Notes under the pieces: model-generated | The model's input: only the letters and a program-made list of their open reading frames with translations | Database searches by the model: none | What the model was told of the DNA's origin: nothing | From: Actinocrinis sp. | GTDB lineage: Bacteria > Actinomycetota > Actinomycetes > Streptomycetales > Catenulisporaceae | Direction: 5' to 3' | DNA: 64,000 nt | NCBI GenBank assembly: GCA_036501535.1 | Contig: DASYAE010000209.1 | Location: 1 to 64,000, forward strand | Part shown: piece after piece, positions 46,739 to 56,865 of the stretch | Layout of the letters: each line of letters opens with the position of its first letter | Position numbering within the stretch: position 1 is the first letter of the stretch | Position numbers and translations under genes: made by a program

Positions 46739-47120
46739 CCAGGAGCGTGAGGAGCGCGGCAGGTGGTTAGGCAGCCGGCGCGCCGGTCCGCCTTCACGTG
46801 CGATTTGACGTCTTTCATCATCTTGAAAATCAAGTATCGAATATCTGAAGCAGTATCCGCGCACTCCCGACATGCCTGTTCGACGATCTTCGACGAGACG
46901 GCCGCCGGCCTTCGATCCGGGGCCGACGGCCGCCCGGAGCGGCCAGGTGGACAGCGTTCCTGAACAGGTTTATCCCGTGACCAGGCGGCCGTTCTGCGGC
47001 CGCCCGCCCTGCCGCGAGCGTCCCGGCGCCCGGCGCTGACAGTGTCGCGCGCACCACGGCCGTCCCGGCCGCCCCCGTGCGGCGGGTGCACCAGGTCAAC
47101 GCGACCACGAGGAATCATTC

Positions 47121-49301
47121 ATGACCCACTATCAGGCAAGACCCCGCACACGCCGGCGGGCCGTCGTCTGGCTGGGCGCAGCCGTGCTCGGCGGCGCGCT
47201 GTGCGCGGCGACCGGCACCGTCCCCGCCGAGGCCGCCACGTCGTCCGCCACGGTCACCGTCAACGCCACCTCCGGCCTGGGCACCGTCCCGGCCAACGCG
47301 GTCGGCTTGAACACCGCCGTCTACGACAGCGACATGAACGACACCGCCATCGCGGGCCTGCTCAAGTCCGCGGGCATCAATGCGCTGCGCTACCCCGGCG
47401 GCTCGTACTCGGACATCTACAACTGGCAGACCAACGTCGCCCAGGGCGGGTTCGACGCGCCGAACACGAGTTTCGCCAACTTCATGGGCACCGCCCAGGG
47501 CGCCGGCGCCAGCCCGATCATCACGGTCAACTACGGCACCGGCACCACGGCCCTGGCCTCCGCCTGGGTGCAGAACGCCGACGTGACCAACAACTACGGG
47601 ATCAAGTACTGGGAGATCGGCAACGAGGTCTACGGCAACGGCACCTACGGCGCCAACTGGGAGACCGACAGCCACTGCGAGACCTCCGCGGGCGGCCCCC
47701 CGGTCACCGTCGGCAGCGAGCCGTCGCAGACCTATGGCTGCGGGCCCTCCACGTACGCCTCCAACGTGCTCAGCTACATGACCGCGATGAAGGCCGTCGA
47801 CCCGAACATCAAGGTCTGCGCCATCGTCACCACGCCGGGCTTCTGGCCGGACAACGTGACCAACGCGACCACCAGCCCCGAGTCGTGGAACCAGACCGTG
47901 CTCGCCGCGCTCGGCTCGAAGGTCGACTGCGTCATCGTGCACTACTACCCGGCCCAGAGCACCGACTCCACGGCGAGCATGCTGTCCGACACGAGCGACA
48001 TCCCGGGCATCATGTCCACCCTGCGCAGCGAACTGAGCTCGTACGGCGGCCTGTCGTCCTCCGCGGCCTCCGCGGTGCCGGTCCTGGTGACCGAGACGAA
48101 CCCGCAGGTCGACCCGGACACGCAGCCCGGCGCCCTGTTCGCCGCCGACCTGTACACGACCTGGATGGAGAACGGCGCGGCCAACGTGGACTGGTGGGAC
48201 GAGCACAACGGCCCCGGCAGCTTCACCCCGACCACCGTCGACGGCGCGCAGGACTACGGCGACTACGGCATGTTCTCCGACGCCGCCAACAACAGCGGCG
48301 TGACCGAGCCGGCCGCGGACACGCCGTTCGAGTCCTACTACGCGGTCGAGATGCTGACCAAGCTCGAGGCGTCCGGCGACGAGATGGTCACCAGCACCTC
48401 GAGCAACTCGCTGCTGCGGGTGCACGCGGTGCGCCGGGCCGACGGGCATCTCGCGATCCTGATCGACAACGAGGACCCGTCGAACTCGTACTCGGTGGGG
48501 CTGAGCTACAGCAGCTTCACCCCGAGCGGCAACCCGACGGTCTACACGCTCGGCGCCAACGGCACCTCGATCACCAGCGCGACCGGCAGCTCGACCAGCT
48601 CGGTGACCGTCGCGCCGTACACGCTGACCGTGGTGGACCTGCCGGGCAGCGGCGGCACCGGCGTCACCGCGCCGGGCGCCCCGGGCAAGCCGACCGTCTC
48701 GAACCTGGTGTCGAGCACGTCGAGCAACACCTCGGGCACCGCGACGCTGACCTGGACCGCCGCGGCGGCGGGCACCAACGCGGTCGCCAAGTACAACGTC
48801 TACCAGGAGACCAGCGGCGGCGGCACCACGCTGACCGGGACGACCACCGGCCTCTCGCTCAACCTCACCGGGCTGACTATCGGCGCCAGCTATACGTATG
48901 ACGTGGTCGCCGTCGATACGCAGGGCAATACCTCGCTGCCGTCGACACCGGTCACGTTCACCGTGCCTCCACCCGCCAATGCCAGCTGCGCGGTGACGTA
49001 CACCATCAGCAGCAGTTGGCCCGGCGGCTTCGGGGCGAACGTCACCCTGACGAACAACGGCTCCACGGCCATCAGCAACTGGACGCTCACCTTCGCCTTC
49101 CCGGCGAGCGGCGAGACGGTCAGCGACGGCTGGGACGGCACGTGGACGCAGAGCGGGCAGAACGTCACCGTGGTGAACGCCGGATGGAACGGGACGCTGA
49201 ACGCGAGCGGCGGATCGACCTCGATCGGCTTCAACGGGTCCGACACCGGGCTCGACACGGCGCCGACCGTGTTCTTCATCAACGGCAACGTCTGTTCATA
49301 G
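47121..49301 (+). CDS. secreted clan GH-A glycoside hydrolase with Fn3 and C-terminal CBM2 carbohydrate-binding module
   Basis: Tat/Sec-like signal (RTRRRAVVWLGAAVLGGALCAA). Catalytic (beta/alpha)8-type region with ALRYPGGSYSD and IKYWEIGNEVYG (a clan GH-A NE acid/base motif). An Fn3-like module (~aa 500-600). C-terminal CBM2 (CAVTYTISSSWPGGFGANVTLTNNGS...WNGTL...GFNGS...VCS). Confidence 0.8.
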   Translation: MTHYQARPRTRRRAVVWLGAAVLGGALCAATGTVPAEAATSSATVTVNATSGLGTVPANAVGLNTAVYDSDMNDTAIAGLLKSAGINALRYPGGSYSDIYNWQTNVAQGGFDAPNTSFANFMGTAQGAGASPIITVNYGTGTTALASAWVQNADVTNNYGIKYWEIGNEVYGNGTYGANWETDSHCETSAGGPPVTVGSEPSQTYGCGPSTYASNVLSYMTAMKAVDPNIKVCAIVTTPGFWPDNVTNATTSPESWNQTVLAALGSKVDCVIVHYYPAQSTDSTASMLSDTSDIPGIMSTLRSELSSYGGLSSSAASAVPVLVTETNPQVDPDTQPGALFAADLYTTWMENGAANVDWWDEHNGPGSFTPTTVDGAQDYGDYGMFSDAANNSGVTEPAADTPFESYYAVEMLTKLEASGDEMVTSTSSNSLLRVHAVRRADGHLAILIDNEDPSNSYSVGLSYSSFTPSGNPTVYTLGANGTSITSATGSSTSSVTVAPYTLTVVDLPGSGGTGVTAPGAPGKPTVSNLVSSTSSNTSGTATLTWTAAAAGTNAVAKYNVYQETSGGGTTLTGTTTGLSLNLTGLTIGASYTYDVVAVDTQGNTSLPSTPVTFTVPPPANASCAVTYTISSSWPGGFGANVTLTNNGSTAISNWTLTFAFPASGETVSDGWDGTWTQSGQNVTVVNAGWNGTLNASGGSTSIGFNGSDTGLDTAPTVFFINGNVCS

Positions 49302-49331
49302 CCTCGATCAGCGGTCCCTGACACCGTTTGA

Positions 49332-49376
49332 CACTGCGGGCCGGAGCGGCGGGATCCGTCGCCCCGGCCCGCAGTG
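49332..49376. terminator. strong GC hairpin between convergent glycoside hydrolase and copA (bidirectional terminator)
   Basis: cactgcgggccgg and ccggcccgcagtg form perfect 13-bp arms with a 19-nt loop. Confidence 0.5.
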
Positions 49377-49388
49377 CTCAGCCGGTGC

Positions 49389-51806
49389 TCAGCCGGCGTC
49401 CGGCCGGAACCGGCGCAGCCGCAGGCTGTTGGAGACCACGAACACCGAGGAGCCGGCCATCGCGGCCCCCGCGATCAGAGGGCTGAGCAGGCCGGCGGCG
49501 GCCAGCGGCAGCGCGGCCAGGTTGTAGGCGAAGGCCCAGAACAGGTTGCCCTCGATCACCGCGAGGGTGCGCCGGGCCAGCCGGATCGCGTCGGCCGCGC
49601 AGCGCAGGTCGCCGCGCACCAGGGTCAGGTCGGCCGCCTCGATCGCCGCGTCGGTCCCGGTGCCCATCGCCAGGCCGAGATCGGCGCCGGCCAGCGCGGC
49701 CGCGTCGTTCACCCCGTCGCCGACCATCGCGACGGTCCGGCCCTCCCGCTGCAGCCGGGCCACCTCCGCGGCCTTCTGCTCCGGCTGCACCCCCGCGACG
49801 ACCCGCTCGATGCCGACCTCGGCGGCGATCGCCCGCGCGGCGGCCGGATTGTCGCCGGTCAGCAGGACCGGCTTGAGGCCCAGCGCGCGCAGCCGGCGCA
49901 CCGCCTCGGCGGAGGTCGGCTTCACCGTGTCCGAGACCACCAGGACGCCGCGCACCGCGCCGTCCCAGCCGACCGCGACGACCGTGCGGCCCTCGCCCTC
50001 GGCCGCGTCCCGCGCCTCGGCCAGCGCCGGCGGCAGACCGGCAGCCGAGCCCAGCCCGAACTCGCCCGGCCGCCCGACGAAGACGTCGAACTTCCGCGCG
50101 CCGTCAACGCCGTCAACGCCGCCAGCGCCGTCGCAGTCCTCGACCACCCCGCGCACCCCGAGCCCGGCCCGGCCGGCGAAGTCGCGGACCCGGGGCAGCG
50201 CGCCCGCCGCCTGCGCCCGGGCGGCCTTGGCGACCGCGGCGCCGATCGGGTGTTCGGAGGCGGCCTCGACGGCACCGGCGAGCCGCAGCACCCGCGCCGG
50301 ATCCTCGCCCGGCGCCGCGGCGACCGAGACCAGCGCCATCGCGCCGGTGGTCACCGTGCCGGTCTTGTCCAGCAGGACCGTGTCGATCCGCCGGGTCGAC
50401 TCGAGCGCTTGCGGGCCCTTGATCAGGATGCCGAGCTGCGCGCCGCGGCCGGTGCCGACCAGCAGCGCGGTCGGGGTGGCCAGGCCCAGCGCGCAGGGGC
50501 AGGCGATGATCAGCACGGCCACCGCCGCGGAGAAGGCCCGCCCCGAGCCGCCGCCGGCCAGCAGCCACCCGGCCGCGGTCGCCGCCGCGGCCGCCAGCAC
50601 CAGCGGCACGAAGACCGCGGCGACCCGGTCGGCCAGCCGCTGCACCGCGGCCTTGCCCGACTGCGCCTCGACCACCAGCCGGGTGATCTGCGCCAGCCGG
50701 GTGTCCTCGCCGACCCGGCCGGCCCGCACCACGAGCCGGCCGCCGAGGTTCACCGTGGCGCCGGTCACCGCCGCGCCGGGGGAGACCTCGATCGGGCTGC
50801 TCTCCCCGGTCAGCAGGCTCGCGTCGATCGCCGACGAGCCCTCGACGACCACGCCGTCCGCGGCGATCTTCTCGCCGGGGCGGACCAGGAACAGGTCGTC
50901 CACCGCCAGGCGGGCGGCCGGAATACGCACCTCGTGCCCGTCACGCAGCACCGCGACGTCCTTGGCTCCCAGATGCAGCAGTGCCTCCAGCGCCGCGCCC
51001 GACCGGCGCTTGGCCCGCGCCTCGAAGTAGCGCCCGGCCAGCAGGAACACGATCACGGCCGACGCGGCCTCGAAGTAGGTCTGGCCGCCGGCCGATCCGC
51101 GGTCGATGAAGGCGAACGGCATCCGCATCCCGATCCGCCCCGCGCCGCCGAAACAGAGCGCGTACAAGGACCAGGAGTAGGCGGCCAGCGTGCCGAGGCT
51201 GATCAGCGTGTCCATCGTCGCGGCGCCGTGCCGCAGGTTGGTCCACGCGGCCCGGTGGAACGGCAGGCCGGCCCAGAACACCACCGCGGTGGCCAGGACC
51301 AGCGAGAGCCACTGCCAGCCGGGGAACTGCAGCGCGGGAACCATCCCGGTGGCGACCGTCGGGCCCGCGAGCACGGCGGCCGCGGTGAGGCGCCGGCGCA
51401 GCCTCGCGGCAGTCCCGTCTGCGTCGGCGCCGTGGTCCGACCGGTCACCGGTATCCACAGGGGCGGCGCCGTATCCGGCCGTGCGCACGGCCTCGATCAG
51501 ATCCGAGACGGCGACGTCCGGCGCGTGCTCCACCGCCGCCTGCTCGGTCGCGAAGTTGACCGTCGCGGTGACCCCGTCGAGCCGGTTGAGCCGGCGCTCG
51601 ATCCTGGTCGCGCACGCGGCGCACGTCATCCCGACGATGTCGAGGCGCGTCCGTACGGGTGACTGGCCGGGGTGGGCCGTCAGGCTGATCTCCAGCTGCC
51701 TCGGTGTTGCCGCACGGGTCCGCTCGGGGCCCGGCTCGCTGTTCGTCGTCGTCTTCGTCGTCACCGCTCTGTCCCCGCTCATCGAATCCGCATCACGAAC
51801 GCACAA
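49389..51806 (-). CDS. copA: copper-translocating P1B-type ATPase
   Basis: N-terminal HMA domain GMTCAACATRIE, CPC in TM6 (IIACPCALGLATP), DKTGT phosphorylation site, HP and GDGVNDAAAL. The start may instead be Met at 51782, which avoids the 14-nt overlap with csoR. Confidence 0.9.
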   Translation of the reverse strand: MCVRDADSMSGDRAVTTKTTTNSEPGPERTRAATPRQLEISLTAHPGQSPVRTRLDIVGMTCAACATRIERRLNRLDGVTATVNFATEQAAVEHAPDVAVSDLIEAVRTAGYGAAPVDTGDRSDHGADADGTAARLRRRLTAAAVLAGPTVATGMVPALQFPGWQWLSLVLATAVVFWAGLPFHRAAWTNLRHGAATMDTLISLGTLAAYSWSLYALCFGGAGRIGMRMPFAFIDRGSAGGQTYFEAASAVIVFLLAGRYFEARAKRRSGAALEALLHLGAKDVAVLRDGHEVRIPAARLAVDDLFLVRPGEKIAADGVVVEGSSAIDASLLTGESSPIEVSPGAAVTGATVNLGGRLVVRAGRVGEDTRLAQITRLVVEAQSGKAAVQRLADRVAAVFVPLVLAAAAATAAGWLLAGGGSGRAFSAAVAVLIIACPCALGLATPTALLVGTGRGAQLGILIKGPQALESTRRIDTVLLDKTGTVTTGAMALVSVAAAPGEDPARVLRLAGAVEAASEHPIGAAVAKAARAQAAGALPRVRDFAGRAGLGVRGVVEDCDGAGGVDGVDGARKFDVFVGRPGEFGLGSAAGLPPALAEARDAAEGEGRTVVAVGWDGAVRGVLVVSDTVKPTSAEAVRRLRALGLKPVLLTGDNPAAARAIAAEVGIERVVAGVQPEQKAAEVARLQREGRTVAMVGDGVNDAAALAGADLGLAMGTGTDAAIEAADLTLVRGDLRCAADAIRLARRTLAVIEGNLFWAFAYNLAALPLAAAGLLSPLIAGAAMAGSSVFVVSNSLRLRRFRPDAG

Positions 51807-52080
51807 GCCGCGCGATCGCGTCGTTGGCCTCCTTGACCCTCGCCGCCGCGTTCTCCCCGCCTTCGGCGATCGCGCCGGCCACGCAGTGCCCGATGTGCTC
51901 TTCCAACAGGCCCAGCGCCACCGACTCCAGGGCCCGGTTCACCGCGGAGATCTGGGTGAGGATGTCTATGCAGTACTTGTCCTCGTCGACCATCCGCTGC
52001 AGGCCCCTGACCTGACCCTCGATCCGGCGGAGCCGTTTGAGGTAGTCGTCCTTGCGCCCGGCGTATCCGTACTGCCCCAT
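51793..52080 (-). CDS. csoR: copper-sensing transcriptional repressor CsoR
   Basis: 95 aa. RLRRIEGQVRGLQRMVDEDKYCIDILTQI...HIGHCV is a CsoR/RcnR fold with Cys-His-Cys Cu(I) ligands. It is co-oriented immediately upstream of copA. Confidence 0.88.
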   Translation of the reverse strand: MGQYGYAGRKDDYLKRLRRIEGQVRGLQRMVDEDKYCIDILTQISAVNRALESVALGLLEEHIGHCVAGAIAEGGENAAARVKEANDAIARLVRS

Positions 52081-52120
52081 CCGCGTCTCCTGTGTCTGTG
52101 TCCGGCACCCGCACCAAACT

Positions 52121-52137
52121 ATACCCCCCTATGGTAT
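52121..52137. promoter_or_regulatory. candidate CsoR operator (GC-centred pseudo-palindrome ATACC-N7-GGTAT)
   Basis: atacccccctatggtat lies 41-57 nt upstream of the csoR start on the coding side. It resembles reported actinobacterial CsoR boxes of the ATACCC...GGGTAT type. Confidence 0.5.
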
Positions 52138-52381
52138 CTGCCCAGGCCGCCCGGCGCAGCCCGGAGCCGCAACGCAACCTGTGGCGGCCTTCCGGCGTCT
52201 CCACTTCCGGCGGCACCCGGCCGCGGCCTGCCGCGCCGCCGGGCCGAGCGGCGTAACCTGAGCACCAGGCGCACCGGTGAAGGACAAGTTCCGCATCGCG
52301 GGCGCCTGTGTGCGTCGTGGTTTTGGTCCGTCATGGCGTTGGCTGACTGACGAGTGTGCGAAAGGCGGCGAGCGGAACCGG

Positions 52382-53797
52382 ATGCGCGACTATCTGATGG
52401 TCCTGGCCGTCGCGTTCGCCGTGACGTACCTGACGACCGGCCCGATCAGGGTCGCCGGCATCCGCTTCGGCGCGATGACGGCGCTGCGCGAGCGCGACGT
52501 GCACAAGGTGCCCACCCCGCGCCTCGGCGGCCTGGCGATGTACCTCGGCATGCTCGCCGCGCTCGCCTTCGCCGACCACACCCCGATGCTGCAGCAGTGG
52601 GTCTTCGTCGAGTCGCCGACGGTCCGCGCCCTGCTGTGGGGATCGGGCCTGCTGATGGTGATCGGCGTGATCGACGACCGCTGGGGCGTCGACGCGTTCA
52701 TCAAGCTCGCCGGCCAGGCCCTGGCCGCCTCGGTGATGGTGCTCAACGGCGTGTACATCACCTGGTTGCCGATCCCCGGGATCGGCGTGCTCCAGCTGGA
52801 CCAGAACACCGCCGACGTGGTCTCGATCCTGATCGTGGTCGTCATGATCAACGCGGTCAACTTCGTGGACGGGCTCGACGGCCTGGCCGCCGGCATGGTG
52901 GCGATCGCCGCGCTGGCGTTCTTCGTCTTCGACTACCGGCTCTGGTACGGGTACCAGATCTCCGGCGCCGCGCCCTCGGTCATGGTCGCCGCCATCGTGG
53001 TCGGGATGTGTGCCGGATTCCTGTGCCACAACTGGAACCCGGCCCGGATCTTCATGGGCGACTCCGGCGCCATGCTGCTCGGCCTGCTGCTCGCCGCGAC
53101 CTTCCTGCTGATCGGCCAGGTCGACCCGGACCAGGTCTCGGCCGCGGCCGGATCGCAGACCAGCGCCACGCACAAGACCCTCGCCTTCTACATCCCGCTG
53201 GTGCTGCCGCTCTCCTGCCTGGCACTGCCGATCATGGACATGGTGATGGCGGTGGTCCGGCGCACCCGGGCCGGCCGCTCCCCGTTCTCCGCGGACGCCC
53301 AGCACCTGCACCACCGGCTGCTGCAGATCGGCCACTCGACCCGTCGCGCGGTGCTGATCATGTACGTGTGGGCGGCGCTGATCTGCGCGCTGGTCCTGTG
53401 GGTCACGGTCACCCCGGCGCACCGCGCGCCGATCGAGGTCGCCATGGTGGCGCTCGTCGCGGCGATGGTCTTCCTGCTGCTGCCCAGAGCCCGCAAGCAC
53501 ATCGACGACCGGGCCGCCAGGATCGGGCGCGGCATCGGGGAATTCGGGCCGTCCGGGGGCGGGCGCCGCGGCCGGCGGCATGTACCCACGGTGCAGGTCC
53601 AGTCGCCCGACGCAGCCGAACCGGCCGAGGCGCACCCGGAACCGGGCCGTGCGGCGTCGGATGCGGCGCTCTGGCGCGCGGCTCCGCCGACCGCCGCGGC
53701 TACAGATCCACCGGACTTCGCACACAGCGCGGCTCGAGACAGGCGCCCCGGCGGGGACGCGCACAGCGACTCGGCCCCCCCGTGGCGAGGCGTCTGA
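52382..53797 (+). CDS. wecA: glycosyltransferase family 4 / MraY-like polyprenyl-phosphate N-acetylhexosamine-1-phosphate transferase (WecA/Rfe-like)
   Basis: MRDYLMVLAVAFAVTYLTT...VPTPRLGGLAMY...VIDDRWGV...NAVNFVDGLDGLAAG...HNWNPARIFMGDSGAMLLG are MraY/WecA motifs. It sits at the conserved position upstream of the atp operon. A ~110-aa Ala/Pro-rich C-terminal tail. The track ORF start 52277 is probably an extension. Confidence 0.82.
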   Translation: MRDYLMVLAVAFAVTYLTTGPIRVAGIRFGAMTALRERDVHKVPTPRLGGLAMYLGMLAALAFADHTPMLQQWVFVESPTVRALLWGSGLLMVIGVIDDRWGVDAFIKLAGQALAASVMVLNGVYITWLPIPGIGVLQLDQNTADVVSILIVVVMINAVNFVDGLDGLAAGMVAIAALAFFVFDYRLWYGYQISGAAPSVMVAAIVVGMCAGFLCHNWNPARIFMGDSGAMLLGLLLAATFLLIGQVDPDQVSAAAGSQTSATHKTLAFYIPLVLPLSCLALPIMDMVMAVVRRTRAGRSPFSADAQHLHHRLLQIGHSTRRAVLIMYVWAALICALVLWVTVTPAHRAPIEVAMVALVAAMVFLLLPRARKHIDDRAARIGRGIGEFGPSGGGRRGRRHVPTVQVQSPDAAEPAEAHPEPGRAASDAALWRAAPPTAAATDPPDFAHSAARDRRPGGDAHSDSAPPWRGV

Positions 53798-53916
53798 CCT
53801 GGTATCGGGTTCGCCGCAACCGAATACGCCGATTGCCGCCAACCGCTTGTCGATCCGTCGGCACAGTGTGCGTGATCTAAGCCACCCCGACCCGGTAAAG
53901 ACGCGCACTGTTACTT

Positions 53917-54468
53917 GTGATAGGTTTCACGAGCGTAAGGCGAATCGTTCGGCAGGAGAGCGAATCCTTACCACCCGACCGAACTTGTGACCCCACGAAG
54001 CGACTTGACGGAGCCACAACAATGCAGGCCGATGACGTCCGTGCGCTACGGCAATGTGCCGTGACGACCGCGGCTGTCGGCGTTGCCGGGGCCGCCGTCG
54101 GCGCCGTGGCGGACGGTGGTAAAGGCGTCCTCGGAGCCGTCATCGCCCTCGCGGTGGTGAACGCCTTCTTCCTGATCTCCTTCGCGGCGATGCGCCGCGC
54201 GGCGCGGGCCGGCCTCCAGGCCATGATGCCCACCGCGCTCGGCACCTATCTCGCCAAGATCATTGTCCTGATCGCGCTGGTGGCCCTGTTCCGCGACAGC
54301 ACCGTCTTCAACGGCCGCGTGTTCGGCCTGACCGCGGTGGCCTGCGTGCTGGCCTGGACCGGCGCGCAGGTGCGGCTGTGGATGACCGACCGGACCTTCC
54401 GGCTCGACCCGGTGCCGGCCGCCGCGCCGGCCCTGGCCCCGTCGAAGCCGAACGCCGGAGAGCTGTGA
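53917..54468 (+). CDS. hypothetical membrane protein upstream of atpI
   Basis: Three to four hydrophobic helices (VTTAAVGVAGAAVGAV..., VIALAVVNAFFLISFAAM, IIVLIALVALF, LTAVACVLAWTG). Alternative start ATG 54022. The position matches the small conserved membrane protein between rfe and atpB in actinobacteria. Confidence 0.5.
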   Translation: MIGFTSVRRIVRQESESLPPDRTCDPTKRLDGATTMQADDVRALRQCAVTTAAVGVAGAAVGAVADGGKGVLGAVIALAVVNAFFLISFAAMRRAARAGLQAMMPTALGTYLAKIIVLIALVALFRDSTVFNGRVFGLTAVACVLAWTGAQVRLWMTDRTFRLDPVPAAAPALAPSKPNAGEL

Positions 54469-54592
54469 TCCGCCGTGACCCACACGCCGCGCCGCGCCGC
54501 CTCCCGGATCAGCCATCGGGCCCGGCCCGGCCACGCGCTGCGGCGTCGGCGCGGGGCGGAGCTGTGCCGCGAGCACACCGGCGCGCGCACCG

Positions 54593-54925
54593 GTGCGGGC
54601 GATGAGCCCGACGACCCGGCCCGCGGCTGAGACTCCGGCCGACCCGTCCGGCCGCGGCGCCGAACGATCCGCGCGGCCCGCAGACGCGGTCCGGCCCGGA
54701 ACCCCCGACGAGCACGAGCAGCGCGCCGCCGCCCGCCAGAACGACGTGGCGATGTGGGGGATCGTGGGCCACATGGCCTCCGCGCTGACCGTCTACGGCG
54801 GCCTCGGCTACCTGCTCGGCCGGCTGACCGGCCACCCGATCCTGTTGTTGTTCGGCGCCCTGTTCGGCTTGGTCCTGTCGCTCGGCTACACGATCTACAC
54901 GGCCAACAAGAACATGCCGAAGTGA
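54593..54925 (+). CDS. atpI: ATP synthase protein I (AtpI/AtpZ-like)
   Basis: Two TM helices (MWGIVGHMASALTVYGGLGYLLG, ILLLFGALFGLVLSLGYTIY) directly upstream of atpB. The true start may be the internal Met at ~54752. Confidence 0.6.
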   Translation: MRAMSPTTRPAAETPADPSGRGAERSARPADAVRPGTPDEHEQRAAARQNDVAMWGIVGHMASALTVYGGLGYLLGRLTGHPILLLFGALFGLVLSLGYTIYTANKNMPK

Positions 54926-55090
54926 AGCACGGCGTCCGCGGCCCGGCCGCGGCGCGGCACCGGACGGCCCCGCGCAGGCGGGCCCGGCCGGGGCCCGGCG
55001 CCGCGCCGGCAGCGCCCACGAGCCCAGCACCACAGACCCCAGACACCATGAGACGGCGAGTCAGCCCCCGCCCGCCGAAGGAGTGAACCG

Positions 55091-55903
55091 GTGAGTACCA
55101 CGGCAACCGCGAGCACCGTGCTCGCCTCCGGCTGCCATCTGTTCTCCGGGTGCCCTTTCCCCGCACCCAGCGCCGACAGCTTCGTGTTCAGCCCGCTGTT
55201 CAAGATCGGCGGCTTCGGCTTCACCTGGCCGATGCTGCTGTGCCTGATCGCCTCCGCCAGCGTTTGCGTGTTCTTCTTCACCGCGTTCCGCGCGCCGAAG
55301 CTGGTGCCGCGCGGCGCGCAGAACGTCGGCGAGCTCGGCTACCTGTTCATCCGGGATCAGATCGCCCGGCCGATGATCGGCGAGCAGGGGGACACCTTCG
55401 TGCCCTTCCTGTTCTCGCTGTTCTTCTTCATCTGGACGATGAACCTGATGGAGATCATCCCGATCGCGGCGTTCCCGGTGACCTCGAAGATCGCCTTCCC
55501 GATGTCCCTGGTGGCCATGGTGTACGTCACCTACTGGTTCCAGGCGATCAAGCACTACGGCTTCTTCGGCTTCCTGCGCTCGATCATCCCGTCCGGCGTT
55601 CCCGTCGGGGTGCTGGTCCTGCTGGTCCCGGTCGAGTGGCTCAGGGTCCTGGTGATCCAGCCGTTCACCCTGACCATCCGGCTGTTCGCGAACATGTTCT
55701 CCGGGCACCTGCTGGTGGCCGTGTTCGTCGCGGCCACCTGGTACCTGGCCAGCGCCTCCATCGGCGCGCTGTTCTCGGCCGGCTCCGCGGTCATGATCGT
55801 GGTGATCACCGGCTTCGAGATGGTCATCCAGGCGCTGCAGGCGTTCATCTTCACCATGCTCACCGCGCAGTACATCGGCGAGTCGCACGCGGCCGGCCAC
55901 TGA
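55091..55903 (+). CDS. atpB: F0F1 ATP synthase subunit a
   Basis: LTIRLFANMFSGHLLV (conserved Arg region) and 5-6 TM helices. GTG start. Confidence 0.92.
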   Translation: MSTTATASTVLASGCHLFSGCPFPAPSADSFVFSPLFKIGGFGFTWPMLLCLIASASVCVFFFTAFRAPKLVPRGAQNVGELGYLFIRDQIARPMIGEQGDTFVPFLFSLFFFIWTMNLMEIIPIAAFPVTSKIAFPMSLVAMVYVTYWFQAIKHYGFFGFLRSIIPSGVPVGVLVLLVPVEWLRVLVIQPFTLTIRLFANMFSGHLLVAVFVAATWYLASASIGALFSAGSAVMIVVITGFEMVIQALQAFIFTMLTAQYIGESHAAGH

Positions 55904-55986
55904 CCGTGCCGGCCCCGCGCGGCCTTCGCGCACCAACCACAAGCCAACCGGTGGAAAGCCCTCCGGTTCGACCCGAAGGAAAGTAA

Positions 55987-56238
<252 letters not shown>

Positions 56239-56268
56239 GCCGCCCCCGGACAGCCAGGGAGGCACCCC

Positions 56269-56865
56269 GTGAGCGCAAAAGTCGTATATCTCGCCGACGC
56301 GAACCCGATCGTCCCGGACTGGCAGGAGATGGCCTTCGGCGCGGCCGCCTTCGTCATCGTCTTCTTCTTCCTGTATCGCAAGGTCCTGCCGAACATCCGC
56401 CGGATCCTGCAGGAGCGGGCCGAGGCGATCGAGGGCGGGCTGACCAAGGCCGAGGCCGCGCAGGCCGAGGCCGAGCGGATCCGGTCCGAGTTCACCCAGC
56501 GGCTCGCCGAGTCCCGGCACGAGGCGGCCGAGCTGCGGGCCAAGGCCCAGGCCGAGGGCGCGGCGCTGGTGGACAAGGCGCGCGAGGAGGCCAACCGGCA
56601 GCGCGAGTCGATCGTCGCCGCGGGACGGGCGCAGTTGGCCGCCGACCGCAACGCCGCGGTCGCGGTGCTGCGCTCGGACCTGGGCAAGCTCGCGGTCGAG
56701 CTGGCCGACCGGATCGTCGGGGAGCGGGCCGCTGATCCGGCCCTGCAGGAGCGGATCGTGGACCGCTTCCTGGACGACCTCGACAGCCGGCTCGGCGAGC
56801 GCGGCCCGGCGGCCCGGCCGGTCGCCGCCGGCTCCGGGCCGGCCGAGCCGGAACAGGCCGGCTGA
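56269..56865 (+). CDS. atpF: F0F1 ATP synthase subunit b
   Basis: An N-terminal TM helix then a long Ala/Glu/Arg-rich coiled coil. GTG start. Confidence 0.9.
   Translation: MSAKVVYLADANPIVPDWQEMAFGAAAFVIVFFFLYRKVLPNIRRILQERAEAIEGGLTKAEAAQAEAERIRSEFTQRLAESRHEAAELRAKAQAEGAALVDKAREEANRQRESIVAAGRAQLAADRNAAVAVLRSDLGKLAVELADRIVGERAADPALQERIVDRFLDDLDSRLGERGPAARPVAAGSGPAEPEQAG

Noticed and set aside
46763-46963. 66-aa plus-strand ORF over the AT-rich block
   Set aside because: It spans a promoter-like AT-rich region, has no ribosome-binding site, no homology I recognise, and a run-on Arg/Gly tail. More likely non-coding regulatory DNA.
43834-47118. 1094-aa minus-strand ORF and other long minus-strand ORFs (1932..3242, 18733..20817, 33301..35244, 56058..57728, 41575..43314, 41733..43235, 61929..63188)
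   Set aside because: All overlap well-supported plus-strand genes (tadZ, ptrB, phoH, atpF/H, the chaplin, the atpC region) or an opposite-frame real gene. They show the Arg/Pro/Gly-rich low-complexity translation typical of spurious ORFs in >70% GC DNA.
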